The position numbers and the translations under genes were made by a program. A stretch of DNA of 64,000 bases from an uncultured Nitrososphaerota archaeon. GTDB taxonomy: Archaea > Thermoproteota > Nitrososphaeria > Nitrososphaerales > Gagatemarchaeaceae. How positions within the stretch are numbered: position 1 is the first letter of the stretch; every line of letters begins with the position of its first letter. Shown here one piece after another: positions 60,833-64,000 of the stretch. The stretch is from contig CAVRAG010000008.1 in the NCBI GenBank assembly GCA_963718895.1, positions 64,001 to 128,000 of the forward strand, in the 5' to 3' direction. The notes under the pieces were generated by a model. That model did no database searches. It saw only the letters and a program-made list of their open reading frames with translations, and had not been told where the DNA came from.

Positions 60833-60921
60833 ACTGTGTGGTTGGACAGTCTTAGCAGATAGTGCTGCCGGTTTGAACGGTAGGCAGTGCGGGAGCGGAG
60901 CCGGTGATAGGCGGCGTAGTG
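60833..60921. repeat. ~90-bp diverged direct repeat, copy 2
   Basis: ACTGTGTGGTTGGACAGTCTTAG...GCGGAGCCGGTGATAGGCGGCGTAGTG. Confidence 0.85.
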
Positions 60922-60964
60922 AGCGGTCGTCAGACGCGTTTCCGTAATCCGTTGTTTCGTGGCG

Positions 60965-61296
60965 CTACTTCAGATCGGGTTCTTTTCGAACGGGTCTTAC
61001 GTCAGTCATGTGATAAATCAACTCCTTCTTGCAATGAGGGCATATGGCCTTGAAACCTGTTACTCCCATAAGTCTCTCCCAAACCGAGGTATCTCTGACG
61101 CCACCTTTTGGCTGGATTTCGGTCAGGTCGATGGTCTGAAACAACTCCGGCACACAACTCCGTTATGGGAGTAGACGTAATCTTCGATTAAGCCCTGAAT
61201 TATGTCGTTCTTCTTGCGCTCTCCCTGTTCTTCCATGACCGTGATGCTGAACTTCTTCCACAACTCGTCTGGAACGTCGATTGTGGTCTTGACCAA
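60965..61296 (-). CDS. ribbon-helix-helix (CopG/Arc-like) regulator, probably fused to a zinc ribbon (frame break near 61140)
   Basis: Hand translation from TTG 61296: MVKTTIDVPDELWKKF...KNDIIQGLIEDYV...VVCRSC; the adjacent frame supplies CPHCKKE. Confidence 0.65.
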
Positions 61297-61393
61297 GTCG
61301 GAGGCGGGATTTCAGGCCTAGGTATTAACCTTCTCCCCGTGGATACGGGTTTAAGGGAAGATTAAATATCGCCTTATCGACGGGGATACGGGC

Positions 61394-62620
61394 ATGATGT
61401 CCAAACTGGTCGCGGTGAGTGCTGAGGAGTATGCGGAGCGCCGCCTGAATCCACTGTGGAAGGACGCGGTGTTCCCTTTTCTGTCGGAGTCCAGAAGGGT
61501 TTCGCTCGAAGGTTGCGGTTCTCTCTACGCTATGGGGAAGTGCGACGACTGCGGAGCCAAGGGCGCGGTTCGGGTCGGCTGTAAGGACAACCTGTGCTAC
61601 CCATGCGACCTGGGAAGAAGGCGACTGCAGGTCGCGGACAAGATGGGGGTTCTTGATCGAATCTATGGTGAACTGCATGAACCTGTTGCCTGCTCAGGTA
61701 TCACCTTCACCAGTCCAAGCGATACATGGAAGCTGGTTCGGGAATACTGCCGAAAGTGGAATCGGACTATCTGGGAAGAGCTCAAGGTGATGGAAGGAAT
61801 GGTAAGAGACATCTTGGCAGAATACTACGGAGGGGAACATCTTCCTTCCAAGGGTCGCCAGAAGCGTCTCTGTCGGTACGTCATCGGCGGGGAAGTTGCA
61901 GCGCAAGCGTTTCACTCGTTCCATCCGGAGAAGAATGGGAATGTGTGGCGAGGATTTGACCCTCACGTTCATGCTAGCGTGTACTCGGTGATGTTTGACC
62001 GAGCATACGCGATTCAGGGTCTTGAAGGTGAGGAGTTGGGGGCGTTCGTGAAACGGAGGCTCGGTCTCTCCAACTCTGAGGTTCAGGCTCTTCGTCTTAA
62101 GCTTGCTTCCGAGTACAAAAGGCGCTTCGAGAATCGCTACGGGAAGTCGAAGTTTCAGACGGTGGGGAAGGGGCCGAAGGGTGAAGACTCATCCTGGGTT
62201 GTGAACTACCGGTACTATCCGCACCGCCATGACGTTGAGCGCTGGACATCGTACATGTTCAGGTCGGAGGTTCAGGAGTGTTACCGCGAGATAGTGTGGA
62301 ACAGTCGCGCTCCTTCGGCGGAGGGCGAGAAGGAGTGGTTCAAGGAACTTCTCTTGACGAGGGAAAGAGGGTCGCATCGTCATGTGGCCTTCGGGTGGGT
62401 CTCATCTCCAGTGCTGAACAGGTATGCGAAACGTCTGGGAGTGCAGTTTGAGCCCAAGGCGAAGCGGGACGCTGAAAGGCGGGTGGTTCCCTGCTTCAAG
62501 TGTGGTGTTGGAGTTCTTCGGTTCGAATGGTATGAGAGGAAGGTGACGCTGAGCGAGCTTGGAGCTTCGAGCATCCCGATCTTGGGCAGGGGGTATCAAG
62601 GGGGCGGGCCCCGTGGTTGA
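61394..62620 (+). CDS. IS91/ISCR-like HUH endonuclease (rolling-circle Rep or transposase)
   Basis: N-terminal Zn domain C..CDDC..CKDNLCYPC; motif I ITFTSP; HUH motif PHVH; Tyr motif YMFR; AFGWVS; C-terminal CFKCG. Confidence 0.75.
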   Translation: MMSKLVAVSAEEYAERRLNPLWKDAVFPFLSESRRVSLEGCGSLYAMGKCDDCGAKGAVRVGCKDNLCYPCDLGRRRLQVADKMGVLDRIYGELHEPVACSGITFTSPSDTWKLVREYCRKWNRTIWEELKVMEGMVRDILAEYYGGEHLPSKGRQKRLCRYVIGGEVAAQAFHSFHPEKNGNVWRGFDPHVHASVYSVMFDRAYAIQGLEGEELGAFVKRRLGLSNSEVQALRLKLASEYKRRFENRYGKSKFQTVGKGPKGEDSSWVVNYRYYPHRHDVERWTSYMFRSEVQECYREIVWNSRAPSAEGEKEWFKELLLTRERGSHRHVAFGWVSSPVLNRYAKRLGVQFEPKAKRDAERRVVPCFKCGVGVLRFEWYERKVTLSELGASSIPILGRGYQGGGPRG

Positions 62621-62864
62621 GTCCTTCGATGAGCGGTACGCGAAGGCGCTAGTGCTCAAGAAGGTGAAGCAGGGAGCCAAGTGGGTCGCGGAGACGCCGC
62701 TAGTTCCTCAATACATCTGGATGGTTGATACTAATCCCTATGCGAACGACTTTTGCGCTAATAGAATCTTCCAACTGAAGATGGCGGCTTGGCCAAATCG
62801 TGATCTTCAACTCTCTGGAGATGTCACGAGGCAGAAGAGGCTAAGCCCGTTGTTTAGGCCTTGA
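62613..62864 (+). CDS. hypothetical protein translationally coupled to the HUH gene
   Basis: GTG start overlapping the Rep stop; 83 aa. Confidence 0.45.
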   Translation: MVESFDERYAKALVLKKVKQGAKWVAETPLVPQYIWMVDTNPYANDFCANRIFQLKMAAWPNRDLQLSGDVTRQKRLSPLFRP

Positions 62865-62883
62865 GTCTTTGTTTGACGAGTTT

Positions 62884-64000
62884 CTAGTCTGGAAGCATAG
62901 CGTCCACGAGTTTTATCTCGCTGTCTGTCAGCCCGTAAGATTGGTAGACAATCTGGTCCAACTTGTGGTTCTTCAGGTCTATCTGCTCTCTTAGAGCCAT
63001 TCCTCTTTCGGATTCTTCGTCCACTTTGAACAGTTTCTGATTCAAATCCGTGAGTTCATCAACGTATTCCTTGATGAGCTTCGAGGTATTCGGGGACGGA
63101 GTCTTAATTGGAAGCAGGCGAATTTGTGGTGGTCCGACACGCATGAATCCGCCTGCAAGTGAGAGTGCCTGGAACATGTTCTTGTAACAGAATGAGAGCA
63201 ACTTGCTGTTGAGTAGCCCTAGAAGTATTTCATTAGGGATTTGCGACTTTGTTACTATGACAGTGGACTTTCCTGCAAGGTACTCACCCTTACTATCGAG
63301 GAAGCATTCAAGGCGCTTATTCATGCCACCGATGATGATTTTGGGAGTTTTGGCTTGCTCAGCTCTCTTTGGGAGGAGTTCACGGATGTCGTCCTTCTTC
63401 ACAATGGGGCGGTCGTACGTGCCCGCAATCCTTGTCTTCTTAACGCCCCAAAGGGAAGCATACCGGTCAATCGTGCCAGTATTGATGACTTTGAAGTAGT
63501 CTTGGTGGCTACCGAGTTCCTTCACAATTTCGATGGTGTCGTAGGCCTCTGAGACCGTGGCAGCGCCACCTACCTCTGCAAGGTTTTCAAGAGTTGTCGA
63601 GTGTTTGGAGATTTTTTCAAACAGGTCGTTTTCCTTTCTGCTGAAAAGGGGCGACCAAGTAGCGAGGTTGTGAAGGTTTGCTTGGTCGAACTCGTTAGTC
63701 TCCTGCACTGCGATTGTACCAACCTCATTTTGACTGGCTACCTGAAGAGAAATCTTGTCAGAGGGAACTTCCTTCTTCAGAATCACGACGATGGGATAAA
63801 CGGCAGCATTGAACACATGGATAGTCGAGTAATCTCGGATAGCCAAGATTTTGTAGCGTTGCAGCAGCCTCCGGGTTGCGGCAGCGTAGTCTGCCGAAAG
63901 AAGTTTGTTTGGTACAATCATTCCGAGGTATCCGCCCGGGCGGAGAAGCTTGAGCCCCCTTTCCAAAAAGAGGCAAAATATATCCCAGTTCCCTTCGGCG
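62884..64000 (-). CDS. Eco57I/TaqI-like N6-adenine DNA methyltransferase or type IIG RM enzyme, C-terminal part
   Basis: WDIFCLFLERGLKLLRPGGYLGMIVPNKLL, VF.AAVYP; TaqI_C-like KIII...LLGLLNSKL...IRLLPI...LDQIVYQSYGLT..EI. Confidence 0.85.
   Translation of the reverse strand, partial: AEGNWDIFCLFLERGLKLLRPGGYLGMIVPNKLLSADYAAATRRLLQRYKILAIRDYSTIHVFNAAVYPIVVILKKEVPSDKISLQVASQNEVGTIAVQETNEFDQANLHNLATWSPLFSRKENDLFEKISKHSTTLENLAEVGGAATVSEAYDTIEIVKELGSHQDYFKVINTGTIDRYASLWGVKKTRIAGTYDRPIVKKDDIRELLPKRAEQAKTPKIIIGGMNKRLECFLDSKGEYLAGKSTVIVTKSQIPNEILLGLLNSKLLSFCYKNMFQALSLAGGFMRVGPPQIRLLPIKTPSPNTSKLIKEYVDELTDLNQKLFKVDEESERGMALREQIDLKNHKLDQIVYQSYGLTDSEIKLVDAMLPD

Larger units (their letters stand above)
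59890..64000. mobile_element. integrated element (plasmid/virus/rolling-circle transposon-like), continues beyond the window
   Basis: Abrupt GC and codon-usage drop; HUH Rep/transposase, RHH regulator, direct repeats and an RM-type methyltransferase. Left boundary approximate. Confidence 0.7.

Noticed and set aside
60189-60921. Integron attC sites (GTTAGAC and GTTGGAC match GTTRRRY)
   Set aside because: No matching inverse core enclosing a full attC palindrome and no tyrosine integrase in the window; kept only as generic repeats.

Overview
GC-rich archaeal chromosomal segment. Archaeal GAPDH/PGK/GAPN, Alba, Rpo6, S25e, EndA, TrmI, ATP-dependent ligase and PEFG-CTERM proteins point to a Nitrososphaerota (Thaumarchaeota) lineage, by inference a deep-branching heterotrophic one. 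Most of the window is housekeeping metabolism. About 12 conserved genes are broken by single-base indels that look like long-read or polishing errors, not pseudogenes. Main points of interest: (1) two tandem gluconate-2-dehydrogenase-like operons whose Tat-exported small subunit carries a ~105-125 aa coiled-coil stalk; they have no cytochrome c subunit but sit beside a divergent membrane-tethered cupredoxin and share a palindromic operator; (2) the left part of a lower-GC integrated element (from ~59.9 kb) with an IS91/ISCR-like HUH rolling-circle protein, an RHH regulator, two ~90-bp diverged direct repeats flanking a passenger gene, and an Eco57I-type methyltransferase; (3) a degenerate thermosome paralogue with a degenerate nucleotidyltransferase and a stand-alone DnaJ-type zinc finger; (4) a GRAM/PH + winged-helix (Vps36-like architecture) protein; (5) a membrane-anchored wHTH regulator and candidate structured RNAs. 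No rRNA, tRNA or CRISPR array was recognised. All assignments come from motif recognition by eye; no searches were run.
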